Of a stretch of 64,000 bases of DNA, positions 24,247 to 36,533 are shown in pieces. The translations under genes and the position numbers were made by a program. Within the stretch, counting starts at the first letter, position 1. Every line of letters begins with the position of its first letter. Below the pieces are notes generated by a model. It was not told where the DNA came from. It made no database searches and saw only the letters and a list, made by a program, of their open reading frames with translations. The DNA is from Octopus bimaculoides (lineage: Eukaryota). Where the stretch lies: assembly GCF_001194135.2 (NCBI RefSeq), contig NC_068985.1, positions 126,980,446 through 127,044,445 of the forward strand, written 5' to 3'.

Positions 24247-24599
24247 GATGATAATTATCATCAACATCTAATGTCCATTTTCCATGCTGGCATGTGATGG
24301 ATAGCTTGATAGGAACTGCCAGGGGTTTGACCAGGTTCCATAGTCTGTTTTGGCTTGTTTTTTTTTTTACAGTTGGACACCCTAATGCAAACCACTTGAC
24401 AGAGTATACTGGGTGCTTTTTACATAGTACCTTGATTTTAGGATCTCGATTCTGTTTTGATGAGTAGATCTTCTTGAGTATAGCAGTGTACCATATATCT
24501 TGGTCCTCTGTCATCCTCTTCATAAGATTCAACATTTTGAGATCAGCCTTCAATACTTCGTCCCATATCTTCTTGCGTCTGCCATATATATATATATAT

Positions 24600-25440
24600 A
24601 TATGGCACTTCTGGCACTTGTGCCCGCGGCATGTGTAAGGACTTCCGAGAGAGATCGTTGCCAGTGCCGCTGGACTGGCTCTTGTGCGGGTGGCACATAA
24701 AATACACCATTCTGAGCGTGGCCGTTGCCAGTACCGCCTAACTGGCCTTCATGCCAGTAGCACATAAAAGCACCCACTACACTCTCTTAGTGGTTGGCGT
24801 TAGGAGGGGCATCCAGCTGTAGAAACTCTGCCAATTGGAAATATGCTGTGCGTGAGAAGACCCGGCAGCACAGGTGAGACCTAAATCTAAGGCCCAGCCA
24901 GTCCACTTATGCATACCTTTCTTCATTNNNNNNNNNNNNNNNNNNNNNNNNNNNNNNNNNNNNNNNNNNNNNNNNNNNNNNNNNNNNNNNNNNNNNNNNN
25001 NNNNNNNNNNNNNNNNNNNNNNNNNNNNNNNNNNNNNNNNNNNNNNNNNNNNNNNNNNNNNNNNNNNNNNNNNNNNNNNNNNNNNNNNNNNNNNNNNNNN
25101 NNNNNNNNNNNNNNNNNNNNNNNNNNNNNNNNNNNNNNNNNNNNNNNNNNNNNNNNNNNNNNNNNNNNNNNNNNNNNNNNNNNNNNNNNNNNNNNNNNNN
25201 NNNNNNNNNNNNNNNNNNNNNNNNNNNNNNNNNNNNNNNNNNNNNNNNNNNNNNNNNNNNNNNNNNNNNNNNNNNNNNNNNNNNNNNNNNNTCTCTTAGT
25301 GGTTGGCGTTAGGAGGGGCATCCAGCTGTAGAAACTCTGCCAAATCAGATTGGAGCCTGGTGTAGCCATCTGGTTTCACCAGTCCTCAGTCAAATCGTCC
25401 AACCCATGCCAGCATGGAAAGCGGACGTTAAACAACCACG
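24600..25440 (+). mobile_element. RTE-family 3'UTR/tail fragments either side of a gap
   Basis: AAAAGCACCCACTACACTCTC..GTGGTTGGCGTTAGGA.GGGCATCCAGCTGTAGAAAC core on both sides of the 24928-25291 gap. Confidence 0.75.
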
Positions 25441-26759
25441 ATTAAAAAATGTTCAGTTAATTTCTGTTCAATGAAATGAATTTGATAACAACAAAACACT
25501 AGAACACTTAGCTTCCTCAATTAAGACTTGAAAATAAAATACGTTCTTCCAAAATATATCCCAGATTTTATTTTATATTGTTGTTGATGAATAGTATTGG
25601 TCAGTTTCTGTTTTGGCTTTCCTTTTTTGTGTAGTCATGAGAACAAATTATTATGCAGTTATTTTATATAACTTCTACAAAAAGAGGATTGTATACAGAG
25701 ATAAACTAACAATTAATGCATATCAACTATATTACAATGTTTGTGTGTGTGTGTAGCACAATTACACTGGCAAATGAGCATGAGTGCCTTTACACAGATA
25801 TAGTTACAGTAATTATAATAGTTATAGTAACAGTGCATTAGGACCGACAAGTGGATGAGGTATTGGGTTATATGTTTCTAGGTCATGAGTTCAATCCTGA
25901 CCTGAACTCATCAACAACACATCATCATATAATGTCTACTTTCCATGCAGGGAACACAGCTGTGCCTGCACCTTTCAATTAGACCTTATCTGAGGCTAAA
26001 TAACAATAACTACTTAACACTGAATCTAAAGCGAAACACTTAACATCCTTAAAAAGCCTCTCAGCGAATGAGGAGATTATTACATTCTCTGATTGCTGTT
26101 TGGTATTTTTTAAAATGGAAAACATCCCTGCAATAAACTGAAATCTAATCATGGGAGACATTCGTTGCTCATTACCTTATTTTTAGAAATCCCAAGCTCA
26201 GTATTGACCCTTCCTATCTTCTCTGCTCTGCTGAATTTGTTTAAAACGGATTGACTTGAATGTGAAGGTTCCTGTTTTGCTAGATCCAGCATATTTCATC
26301 CCTAGTTAAGTGCTTGCATTAGTTTTCATGGTTGAGCTATGAGTACCATTTAGGGTCATAATGTATTGAGTTGTATATAATTTGACTAAAGGGAATTGGA
26401 AACCCATATTCTGCTGCTCTGCTTGAAACAATGCCCAAAGACCTATGTGAGATGAGCTAATGAAGGAGCTTCTGTGTGGTTACTCTGCCTACTAGAAACC
26501 TCAGTCAAATTTCACTCATCACATCCTACAAGTTTATGCAAAGAAGTTTACACGGGACAATGTAGTCCCTGATACGCAAAAGACAGGATGATCAGGATTG
26601 CAAGACATTTGATCATAGGTCTGCTCAATCAACCCTAACCCTAACCCTAAATAACAACAACAACCAATGTAAAGAGAAATTTGTATTTGTTAATTGCTTA
26701 TTTTATATTAATTGCATTTAGTGCCTGTGCTGTAGATTAACATTAATCTCATGTAAAAC

Positions 26760-27125
26760 AGTGGTTAGGGCAGCAGACTCGCGGTCATAGGATCGCGGTT
26801 TCAATTCCCAGACCAGGCGTTGTGAGTGTTTATTGAGCGAAAACACCCAAAGTTCCACAAGGCTCTGTTAGGGGATGGGGGCGAACCCTGCTGTACTCTT
26901 TCACCACAACATTCTCTCACTCTTCCTGTTTCTGTTGTACCTGTAATTCAAAGGGGTCAGCCTTGTCACACTCTGTGTCACGCTGAATCTCCCCGAGAAC
27001 TACGTTAAGGGTACACGTGTCTGTGGAGTGCTCAGCCACTTGCACGTTAATTTCACGAGCTGGCTGTTCCGTTGATCGAATCAACTGGAACCCTCGACGT
27101 CGTAAGCAACGGAGTGCCAACAAAC
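26760..27125 (+). mobile_element. tRNA-derived SINE (family A), near full length
   Basis: tRNA-like head GTGGTTAGGGCAGCAGACTCGCGG...GGTTTCAATTCCC with A- and B-box-like motifs. The ~360-bp body is highly similar to the inverted copy at 43677-44060. Confidence 0.8.
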
Positions 27126-27299
27126 ATGTAAAACAATGTATACAATGTGGTTTCAATTTTATGTTCTGTGATGCTCAGTTTTCCTTCTTTAACACCACCA
27201 CCTGGTCCTTGTTTGCTGTTCTCTGAATTCACTCTGTTGCAAGCATTATCACTAAACTCCTGCTTTCCTTGATACCCCTTTTTTTTTTCTCTGCAAATG

Positions 27300-27527
27300 T
27301 TAATCCTTTAGCATTTAGATTACTTTATCAAATATAATGCTTATTAATTCACACTGTTTTGAATTAATCATACATTATCTCATAGCTTCAAAATTTTGAT
27401 TTGTGATTGTATATTTTAGAATGACATTGTAGAAATAAAGTGTGAGAAGCCAGATCTGGCCAGTTCCAACATAAAATAGGTAGCATATTTGGGCCGGATA
27501 TGGCCAGTTTAAATGCTAAACAGTTAA
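27300..27527 (+). mobile_element. piggyBac-type MITE copy
   Basis: TTAATCCTTTAGCATT...AATGCTAAACAGTTAA with the family's internal sequence. Confidence 0.75.
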
Positions 27528-27703
27528 TGTTGGGTATTTGGTTGCACCAATTTTATCCATCTGAAAGGGCTTGCAAAGTTTGTAGATACTGCCTTTTGCT
27601 TTCTGAGTAATTTATACTAATTATGAAGACAATGATAATTTTTACTTTTTGTCACAACTTTCTCTGGTCCAGGTAATCTATAACTCTCACTTTGCTTCGA
27701 AAA

Positions 27704-27820
27704 AAGGCTGGAGGGTATATCAGCCGAAACGCTGTGTTAACAACAAACAAGATGAGGACAAATATCCTTCAAATGTCAATAATGTACATAATTCTTCATC
27801 TCTTAAATATAGAACTGTAC
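27704..27820 (+). mobile_element. 5'-truncated copy of the hammerhead-bearing SINE tail
   Basis: AAGGCTGGAGGGTATATCAGCCGAAACGCTGTGTTAACAACAAACAAGATGAGGACAAATATCC... matches 50158-50244 and 53251-53330 but lacks the CTGANGA half of the core. Confidence 0.75.
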
Positions 27821-27980
27821 TCTCAGCTATTGTTGGAACTCATTTACAGCTGAGTATACTCAAGCGAAAAAAACAACACACTGCGTCATGTAAGAAAGAA
27901 AAGCATTATCTTACAATCCTGAGTGCAACCCTAACCACAAGGCTTTTAACCCAATGGTTAGAGTGTTGCGCTCACAGTCC

Positions 27981-28190
27981 TTAACCTTTCGCATCCAGTT
28001 CAGTTTAGTTTGTCAAATGCAATGCTTAAATCTTCATATTGTTTTGAGTTAATCATGCATTATTTTGTAGCTTTGAGATTTTGATTATGTGATTGCTTAC
28101 TTTTAGAATGACATTGTATTTGGCCAGTGTGAACATAAAGCAAATAGAATATTTTGCCAGATATGGCCAGTTTGAATGCTAAAGGGTTAA
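27981..28190 (+). mobile_element. piggyBac-type MITE copy
   Basis: TTAACCTTTCGCATCC...GAATGCTAAAGGGTTAA. Confidence 0.75.
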
Positions 28191-28287
28191 TAGTAATATT
28201 TTGATAATAATTTCTCTTACAATATTTTTTGAATATGAAATGTTTGACTTTCTAATTTATGGAGTTCATTTTTAACTTAATTTTCAG

Positions 28288-28372
28288 AGAATCCAAGAAT
28301 TTTGTTGTGTGGATCAACAAATACAGGAAAATCTACATTTTGCCGAAGATTGTTAAATATCTGCCTTAATAT
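28288..28372 (+). CDS. NOL9: NOL9 exon (P-loop)
   Basis: ENPRILLCGSTNTGKSTFCRRLLNICLN contains the Walker A GxxxxGKST of Clp1/Grc3/NOL9 kinases; TTTTCAG acceptor and GTAAGT donor. Confidence 0.95.
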
Positions 28373-28754
28373 GTAAGTAAAGGTGTCTTTTGTTTGTTTA
28401 TTTTTATTTTTGTGAATTATACAAAAAAACTGCAATTAAGATGGATTTAGTAGAATTAAAGATGGATTTAGTAGAATTAATGGTCAGATATGATTACAGA
28501 GTTTGCATTTCTAAGGAGGAAGGAATTGACAAAATGTGATTGAGAAAAAAACATAGTATGATGAGTATTTTTAAATGTCAAAAGGAAAATTATCTGTTTT
28601 AATGACCTTTGAGTTGATATAGAAAAAATGCAACTATATTGTTGGCCAGGATATGTGTGGTTAGTGTTTCTTTGAATGTAATTCTCTAGATTTTTTTTTT
28701 CATGGAGAAATATAGGTGAAATACATAAGGTACTGAATTAACTTACTAATGTGG

Positions 28755-28915
28755 GCATGACTGTAGTTAAGAAGTTTTCTTTGTAATCACATGGCTTTGT
28801 ATTAAGTCCCACTGTGCTGCATTTTGGGGGTAAGTGTGATCTGCTATGACCTCCAAACCAATGAATGCCTTGTGAGTAAATGTGCTTGACAAACTATGGA
28901 ACCCTATTGTGTGTG
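28755..28915 (+). mobile_element. Degenerate tRNA-derived SINE (family B head)
   Basis: GGCATGACTGTAGTTAAGAAG...AAGTCCCACTGTGCTGCATTTTGGGGTAAGTGTG; related to the 36885-37130 copy. Confidence 0.5.
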
Positions 28916-29405
28916 TAAATGAGTATGTGTGTGTGTGCGTGTGTGTAAATGAGTATGTGTGTGTGCGCGCGTGTGTGCAGTTTTGTCTTTATATTTGTTC
29001 TGTACTCCACCTTGTGATGGCCAATGCTGGTTTGTTTACTTCACTGTAACTTAGTGCTTTGGCAAGAAAAAGACCAATAGAATAAATGCCGAAAACCTAA
29101 AAGAATGAGTGGTTTTACATGAATGAGCGTAACAAGTAAAAGAATAAAAGGGTTTGTTCGGGTTGTGAGTTTAAATATGCTATAGATATTTCATTGTATT
29201 TCTGGATAAGACATTTTATTCTGTATAATATGAGTTCATCTAACTCTCATTGAGATGTAGCAAATTATTTTCTGGAACAGTTACCCATGATAGACATTAT
29301 TTAGTTCATGGAGATTTGGCTCTCAATTTCAGCTACTAGAGCCTATGATCTCTTGTGATTCATGAAAGGATTAAATTTGAGAGGTGTCTAATCTAACTAT
29401 TGACT

Positions 29406-29632
29406 CTAACCCTTTAACATTTCAAACCAGCTATATCTGGCCCAAATATTCCACCTGTTTTATGTTCAAACTGACCAGATTCAGTCTCTCAGACCTACCC
29501 ATCAATGCCATTCTAAAAGTAAAACAACTGCATCATCAAAATCTTGATGCTATGAGATAATGCATAATTAATTCAAAACACTAAATAATAAGCTTTGTGT
29601 TTGACAAAGTAATCTGAATGCTAAAGGGTTGA
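29406..29632 (-). mobile_element. piggyBac-type MITE copy, inverted orientation
   Basis: Internal sequence is the reverse complement of the family consensus (...AATCTGAATGCTAAAGGGTTG at the right end). Confidence 0.75.
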
Positions 29633-30129
29633 AGACCAGCTCTAACTGGATGAAATTTCTCTTCTCTCCCATTATGTGTTTATATTATGAATACTGTGTG
29701 TGAAGATTTAGAGGGTCATGTAATATAACTTTTAGTTTCTTACTCTGTTGTCAGAATTTGCTTCTATGTTATCTCTCTTGTTGAACATTCTCATCTAATC
29801 TCAGTGTCTTTTGTTCTGAGGCCGTCTCGTCATTAGAAACCTGAACTCCAATGCAGTACCCAGAAAGGCTGTTCAGTCATTAGCTATATATCAGGATATT
29901 TATAGTGATATGTGCATGGAAGGAGTCTTAGCATGTATATCTGATGTGCTTTCCTGGGGTCACATGAAGAGCCATTTGCTACATTAGATCTTTAGCTTTC
30001 AACTAGAAGTATTTCTTTTTGATTTTACTATTTATGAAATGGTTTCACTTACTTATAGAGAAAGAAATCTAAATTCATCTCTTAAACTTCTGATTTGGTC
30101 TTTGAGTAATAAGTGAGGTAGGTCTTTGT

Positions 30130-30720
30130 TGTAACTCATATTTTGTTCAATTTTTCCGACTACAAAGTCTTGACATCTTAAGAGACATGATATTTCTCGT
30201 TTGAATTTGCTTGGAAGCAGTTATCTCCCTTCTCATCGAAAAGGCCTCGTTGAATCCGGTGGCTTTGATGTCTGCAATAATCTTCCAGTTGCTTTTGAAT
30301 ATTCTGACCATTCCTTCTTGTGTTCCTATTTGGCCCTCCCACATTCTACCGTGCGTCTTTTCTTCTTTTATCACTCTTCATCCCCTCAAAACTGTTCTCT
30401 CATTGATGCTGTATCTGATGGAAATGACCATGTCCTTTCTTCTTGTCCTTCAAAAAATATTGTAGAGACTAGTTATTTCATTGCTCATAATGTTAACTGA
30501 CTTATTTTCTAAAACGCAAATTCTGCCTGGAAACCATGTTTTCATCTCTCACTCTCTTTCTCTGTCAACTTCCCTACTTGTTATCCAGATCCTGAGAACC
30601 GTGATCCTTTCCTTGTTGATCTTTGCCTCATGTCTGATTCTATTATTTGCTTTATCTTTCCCATGTACCACTTGATACACTGATCTCATATTTCTCTGAA
30701 TATATCTGCTAATTTCTTCT
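30130..30720 (+). pseudogene. Degraded APE-endonuclease domain of a CR1/L2-group LINE
   Basis: Frames give SYLP...NNLPVAFEYSDHSFLCSYLALPHSTVRLFFFYHSSSPQNCSLIDAVSD...FIAHN and SVNFPTCYPD...LVDLCLMSD...SH, resembling the GDFNAH, FPTR...LLDL and SDH motifs of LINE APE domains; stops are present. Confidence 0.6.
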
Positions 30721-31492
30721 AGCACTGTCCTCTAATTCTTTGTAACTTATATTTATTAACATGATAATTGAGATTCTTTTTGCGATTTTCTCCGAGATTC
30801 TCTTTCGGATAATTTCTTTTCTCTTTTTGCTGATATAACATAAAGCCTCTGTAGTTTATTTTGGATTTAGATGGGTATGAATTCTTTCATTCTTCATCAG
30901 AAATAACTCAGTTAAAACCACATTACTTTCTCTGATTTTCTCTTGCTTTGCATCTACTATTGCTCATAGAAATTACTTTTCCCATCTTTATTGTCAAAAC
31001 AACTTTTCAGAAAATAAACATCTTTCTTCATTATTCTAGGGAAGCACTGCAAGAAAGTTCTTTCAAGTGCTAAATCTTAGTGTATAGAGTGGACGAAATT
31101 TTGCATTGCTTCAATTGGCTGAATCATTACCTTACAAATTTGTATTCTTGTGTATTAGAAATGATTATTGTAAGACACTGAGCTCTCAGAATTATTGGTC
31201 CATTGGACAAAATGCTTCATGACATTTCTTCCTGGTCTTTACATTCTGAGTTCAAATCCCACCAAGATCAATTTTGTCTTTCATTTTTATGGGTTTGATA
31301 TAATAAAGCACTAGTCAGGGACTGGGTTGATGTAATTAGCTAACCTTCTTCCCTAAAGAATTGCTTTGTCTTCTGTCAAAATTCAAAATGTTGCTGTTAC
31401 TGTTGATGCTGCTGTTGTTGAATATTGGAAGAGTCATTTGAGAACCAGAAAAATTGCTTTGGGTGTATTTGTTTTGGCTCTTTGTTTTGAGT

Positions 31493-31720
31493 TTAACTCT
31501 TTATCATTAAGATTACTCTGTCAAATGTAATGCTGATCTACTTGCACTGTTTTGAATTAATCAAGTATTATCTAATAGCTTTGGGATTTCGATGATGTGA
31601 TTGTTTATTTTTAGAAATACATTGTAGCATAGATGTAAGAGATGAGATCTGACTGGTTTGAACATAAAACAGGTAGAATCTTTGGGCTGAATATGACCAG
31701 TTTAAATTCTAAAGAGTTAA
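31493..31720 (+). mobile_element. piggyBac-type MITE copy
   Basis: TTAACTCTTTATCATT...AATTCTAAAGAGTTAA. Confidence 0.7.
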
Positions 31721-32126
31721 ATCCTACCAAGATCAACTTTGTCTTACATCCCTCCAAGGTCTATAAAATAAAGTACCAGTGAAGTACTGGTTGTTGATGT
31801 AATCAGTGAACCACCTACCCCAAAATTGCTGGTTTGTGCCTCACTTAGAAATAATTATTTAAGACAGTTAGCTGTTTAAATTGTTAGTGTCAGAAGGGGG
31901 GAAAAAATGCCTTGTGGTATTTATAGTATTTGTCCCAATTCTTTGTTCTAAGTTGAAAACCTTCCAGGGTCAACTTTACATTTCATCTTTTTGAGTTCAA
32001 TGAAATAAAGTCTGAGTTTCATGAAATAAAGTGTGTGTTAAATAGATGTAATCAATTAATCCCTCTCCTTTAAAATTGCTTGCCTTATGTCTAAATTAGA
32101 AACCATTATTTATTTATTTATTCCAG

Positions 32127-32224
32127 AAAGAAAAGTGTCTATTTTCTTGACTGTGATCTTGGTCAAACAGAATTCACACCACCAGGCTGTGTATCCTTGA
32201 GTTTGGTGAAAGATTATGTTCTAG
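32127..32224 (+). CDS. NOL9: NOL9 exon
   Basis: KKSVYFLDCDLGQTEFTPPGCVSLSLVKDYVL contains the conserved DxGQ(T/P)EFTPPG motif of NOL9/Grc3; TTCCAG acceptor and GTAAGC donor, phases 2 to 1. Confidence 0.95.
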
Positions 32225-32629
32225 GTAAGCTATGTGTATAAAAAATATTTCTAATTGTATTGAAATGTTTCATAATTCCAAACCAAATTATTGGTGTATA
32301 TATATTTTTGTATCCTTCAGTTAGAGAACATTTCCACTGTTTGCCTGTTGCCACTTGACTGATAAGACTGAATAGAAATGGTATTTTATTTTGCAAAGTG
32401 AAAGCTAGATTATCAACCACATGCTCATAAGTTCAAACTTTATTGCAGTCATTGGATTGTCCCCTTCACTTTGCTTACTTTGTTTGACTAAACAGAAAAA
32501 AAAATGGGCAAGTTCCAGTTTTGTTTCATAGTTGAGTGTCAGGCCAGGTATTCACAGCCTTTGGTAGTTTAAAAGCTCTCTTTTACTGGATGGAAATAAC
32601 TGTTTTATAAATGATTCACCTCAGGTTTT

Positions 32630-33660
32630 GAGGCATGGGTTGGATTGTTTGACTGAGGGCTGGCAAGCCAGAAGGCTGCATCAGGCTTCAATCCATTCTG
32701 GCAAAGTTTCTACAGCTGGATGCCCTTCCTAACACCAACCACTCCAAGAGTGTAGTGCATGCTTTTTTACGTGCCACCAGCATGGAGGCCAATCAGGTGG
32801 TACTGGCATCGACCACGCTTGAATAGTGCTTTTTACGTGCCATCGTCACAGGATCCAATCAGGTGGCACTGGCAATGGCCATGCTCGAATGGTGCTTTTT
32901 ATGTGCCGCTAGCATGGGTGCCAATCAGGCAGTACTGGCATCGGCCATGACAATCGCTTCACTTGACTCAACAGGTCTTCGCTAGTGCAGTTTATTGTCC
33001 AATGGTTGAAGGGTATTCTTAAATGGGCTGATTATGCTGCACTGGCATACGCTACGGTTACGGTTTCACTTAGCTTGCTGGGTCTTCTCAAGCACAGCAT
33101 ATCTCCAAAGGTCTCAGTCACTTATCGCCTCCGTGAGGCCCAACGTTTGAAGGTCGTGCTTCACCACCTCATCCCAGGTCTTCCTGGGTCTACCTCTTCC
33201 ACAGGTACCCTCAACTGCAAGGCTGTGGTACTTTTTCACACAGCTATCCTCATCCATTCTCGCCAAGTGACCATACTAGCGCAATCGTCTCTCCTGTACA
33301 CCACATCTGATGCTTCTTATATCCAACTTTTCTCTCAGGGCACTTACACTCTGTTGTGTATGCACACTGGCATTACACATCCAACAGAGCATACTAGCTT
33401 CGTTTCTTGCAAGCTTACACATGTTCTCAGCAGTCACAGCCCATGTTTCACTGCCATGTAGCATGACTGTTCATGCACATGCATCATACAGTCTATCTTT
33501 TACACTGAGTGAGAGGCCTTTGTCACCAGAAGAGGTAGGAGTTCTCTGAACTTTGCCCAGGTTATTCTTATTCTAGCAGTTACACTCAGAGCAACCACCC
33601 CTGCTACTGACTTAGTCTCCTAGGTAACAGAAGCTATCAACAACTTTTAGTTTTTCCCCC
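32630..33660 (-). mobile_element. RTE-type LINE 3' fragment
   Basis: KLKVVDSFCYLGD, MLHGSETWAVTAENMCKLARNEASMLCWMC and the family 3'UTR repeats. Confidence 0.85.
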
Positions 33661-34880
33661 TGGGATGTGACGGAAGCTATTTTCTGCACATTTTCAGTGC
33701 TTATTACCCATGAGTATTTGCTATGCTCAAAAATTATCTTCCCAGATAGACAATAATAAATGAATGTGAAAGAGAAGGAGAATGGAGAAAGAGGGAGAGT
33801 AGGGATCTTAAGTCTTTTCTCTAAACATACAGCATAGAAGACGAGACTGTGTTTACATAGATAGATAATGAAATGAAATAATAAAGTAATTATAATTTGC
33901 GCTGAAAAAGAGGTTTTAGATGTGTGCATGGTTGGAAAACAAAGCTGCTTATCTTAACATCTTCTGATTTCTATTCTGTGTGGCGAGGTATTAATATATG
34001 AGGTAGGGGAATCTGAAGGAGCTAGTTTATATAGGATGGGGTGGGGACATAGGTAAAGTGTTGGGAGAAGCAAGTGGTTAATGAAACAGAAGAGAGAGAG
34101 AGAGCGACCAAAGTTAGGCTGGTCAAAGACAGAACGCGAGGAGACAAAATTTTGGAATTTAAGGTAAGATAATTGAACGAATGGGTTTAACATTGCCGCT
34201 GCTGGTGTGAAAGAATAGTAATTTAAATAATGAGATAGAATTGGGCACTGCAAAGCAGCAGAAATTCAGGCTGCCAGTGTGAAAGAATAGTAATGATAAT
34301 AGAATTGGTCATTTGCATTCCTAACTAGAGCTATAACTAACAGTTAGCTTTTGGTCAGCCAAACTGTGACAAAATTAGATAAATGACAATAATAAATGAG
34401 CACGAAAGAGAGGGAGAGTTGGATTGAGTGTCGGGATCTTAAGTTTTTTCTCTAAACATATGGCATGGAAGACAAAACTGTGTTTACATCGTCGTCGTCG
34501 TTTAACGTCTGCTTTCCATGCTAGCATGGGTTTGGGGACTAGCTCATTAAGTCAACCTCAGTATTTCACTGCTACTTAATTTATAATGTGAATAAATAAA
34601 CATTACACTTGACAGAGCAATCTGCATGCTAAAGGGTTAGATCCTTTGAAACAGTCAAAAAAACCACAGTAAATCAATAGCCTCTAATAGGATCTTTAAG
34701 CATTCTTATAAGAGTTTGGCATTGTCTACTATTAATACAGCATTTTGAATTTTTAAGTATTTCGTTAAGGTAACATACTAAATAAACTTATTTTACTCCT
34801 CCTTCTATATCGTGAAATTTATTTCATCACTTTCTATATATTTGTAAAACTGAGATGACATGATATATTTTGTTTTTCAG

Positions 34881-34914
34881 GCCCACCATTCTGTCACCAA
34901 AAAGAACCCATTTA
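34881..34914 (+). CDS. NOL9: NOL9 34-nt micro-exon
   Basis: TTTTTCAG|GC CCA CCA TTC TGT CAC CAA AAA GAA CCC ATT TA|GTAAGT encodes GPPFCHQKEPI (NOL9 GPPFTH motif) and supplies the required phase 1 to 2 link. Confidence 0.92.
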
Positions 34915-35164
34915 GTAAGTATACAGTGCAGTATGGTTGCTCTTGTGTGTGTATTTGTTATTTTTATTGTTGAGTAACTGTGGTCAACTCTATTTGAGTA
35001 AAGCTTAAAGAGGTAGCTGATTAAGCAATTCATTCAAATGGCGCTTTTTCAGCTATTGCATCCAATGTTTAATGTGGGACATTCATTTTATAGATAGTAT
35101 TGAGTTTTTTTTTTTTTTTTGGTGGGGAAGAGTTTGGCTGCCATGTTGTGGTGGTTGAATGACA

Positions 35165-35641
35165 ACCATAAATCCTCGAGTATAGTCCACTTTTGAGTAT
35201 AATACGCAGGAGATTTTTAGGGGGCTGTACCTCTAAAAAACCTAAACCTTGTGTATAATACGCACCCCTTCTCTAACTTGAGTTAAGGAGATCTATATAA
35301 CGTCCTTGGTTTGTAAACATATATACGGTAACGCCCATGACTGTTATTGTATATATAACATAATGCAAACGTTTAGCTTTTTTGTGCACTTTGTTTGCAG
35401 AAAATAAAGAAATAACAGTAATAACGTCAGTGAAAAATAAATATTAAGTAAATTGCTTTTACATATTTATCACTATCAGTTGCAAGTCCGACGTCACAAA
35501 ATGCATCTGAATAAACATTGCTGGACAGCAAATAGAGACTCGGACATTGCTTAGAAAATATTTTTCATTTTTAACCTTGTATATAGTACGCACTAGGGAT
35601 TTTGGGGTAAAAATGCGGATTATACTCGAGGATTTACGGTA
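35165..35641. mobile_element. pogo/Tigger-type MITE
   Basis: TIRs ACCATAAATCCTCGAGTATAGTCC and GGATTATACTCGAGGATTTACGGTA (TACCGTA-type ends). Confidence 0.7.
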
Positions 35642-36396
35642 ATTTGAGATATGTATTGTTTAATAAAAAATAGATATAAACAACGTAAGTCACAGATGAC
35701 TGAGATTGGTAAGGTTTCAGACCAGCAATCAAAAGAATGAGTGGTTGATAGTCTGTGACCATGTCAAGGCACTTCTCTTTCACTGACTCAATTCTTTTGT
35801 TCACTTTGTTGTATGCTGTTTCTGCAGTAAGTTCACAGTGGCCCAATTCATTATGCAGTTCACCTTGCATGCTACAAGCTATGTTACAGTAGAGTGTATT
35901 TTACCAGAATAAATAGTGACAGCATTACAAAAACCGACAAGTGTTTTGATAACTTTACAGTGCTGTGTTCAGCTTTCTTCCATACTTACAAATTGGACAA
36001 GGAGCGGTCAGTGCCAGGCTTTTTTTACTTAGACATTCTGTTATTAGCATATTTTTATATAATTCATTCTCAATGCAAACATTGCAAGGGTTTGTTCCAG
36101 TACAATATCTTGCCACTTGTTGTTGCAGTCCTTTTGTCACCTTTTCTCTGAGGTCCAGCACCTTTGAGCTCAAACCTATATTTTTTCCTGCATCCTCCTC
36201 TCCTACTGGAGATTCCTTCCACTTAAATTGCTGATGTTAGTCTTGTTCTTCTGATATATATATGTAGACAAAATCTTATATGGTTTGCTCCTGCAGCTTT
36301 ATATGTTATGGGACTCAGCTACCTAGGCAAAAACAACAACGATAATAATTACCATAACCATGAATGTTACTGTTCATTTTTTTCTTTGATTTCCAG

Positions 36397-36533
36397 TAAT
36401 ATTTTTGTTGGTGATATCACACCTGAATCCAGTGCTAACCATTACATGATCTGTATTCGCAATGTTATTCATTTCTACCTGAGATTATCTCCACAATTAC
36501 CTTTGGTCATTAACACAATGGGCTGGATTAAAG
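36397..36533 (+). CDS. NOL9: NOL9 exon
   Basis: YNIFVGDITPESSANHYMICIRNVIHFYLRLSPQLPLVINTMGWIKG contains the conserved PL(V/I)INTMGW motif; TTCCAG acceptor and GTTGGT donor. Confidence 0.95.

Noticed and set aside
24782-25343. Direct duplication of TCTCTTAGTGGTTGGCGTTAGGAGGGGCATCC... on both sides of a gap
   Set aside because: Identical repeat sequence flanking a gap is most simply an assembly or scaffolding artefact of a high-copy element.
26631-26650. Interstitial telomeric repeat (AACCCT)3
   Set aside because: Only three units at the degenerate tail of a common repeat; too short to support a telomere-related origin.
26760-26830. tRNA gene candidates (also 44000-44060, 49987-50055, 53069-53140 and 1-40)
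   Set aside because: They have A/B-box-like motifs but no complete cloverleaf or acceptor stem, and each continues into a repeated SINE body.
28556-28740. Intronic C/D-box snoRNA in the ribosome-biogenesis gene NOL9
   Set aside because: An ATGATGA C-box-like motif is present, but there is no suitably spaced CTGA with a terminal stem. No convincing snoRNA was seen in any intron by eye; a snoscan/Infernal run would be needed.
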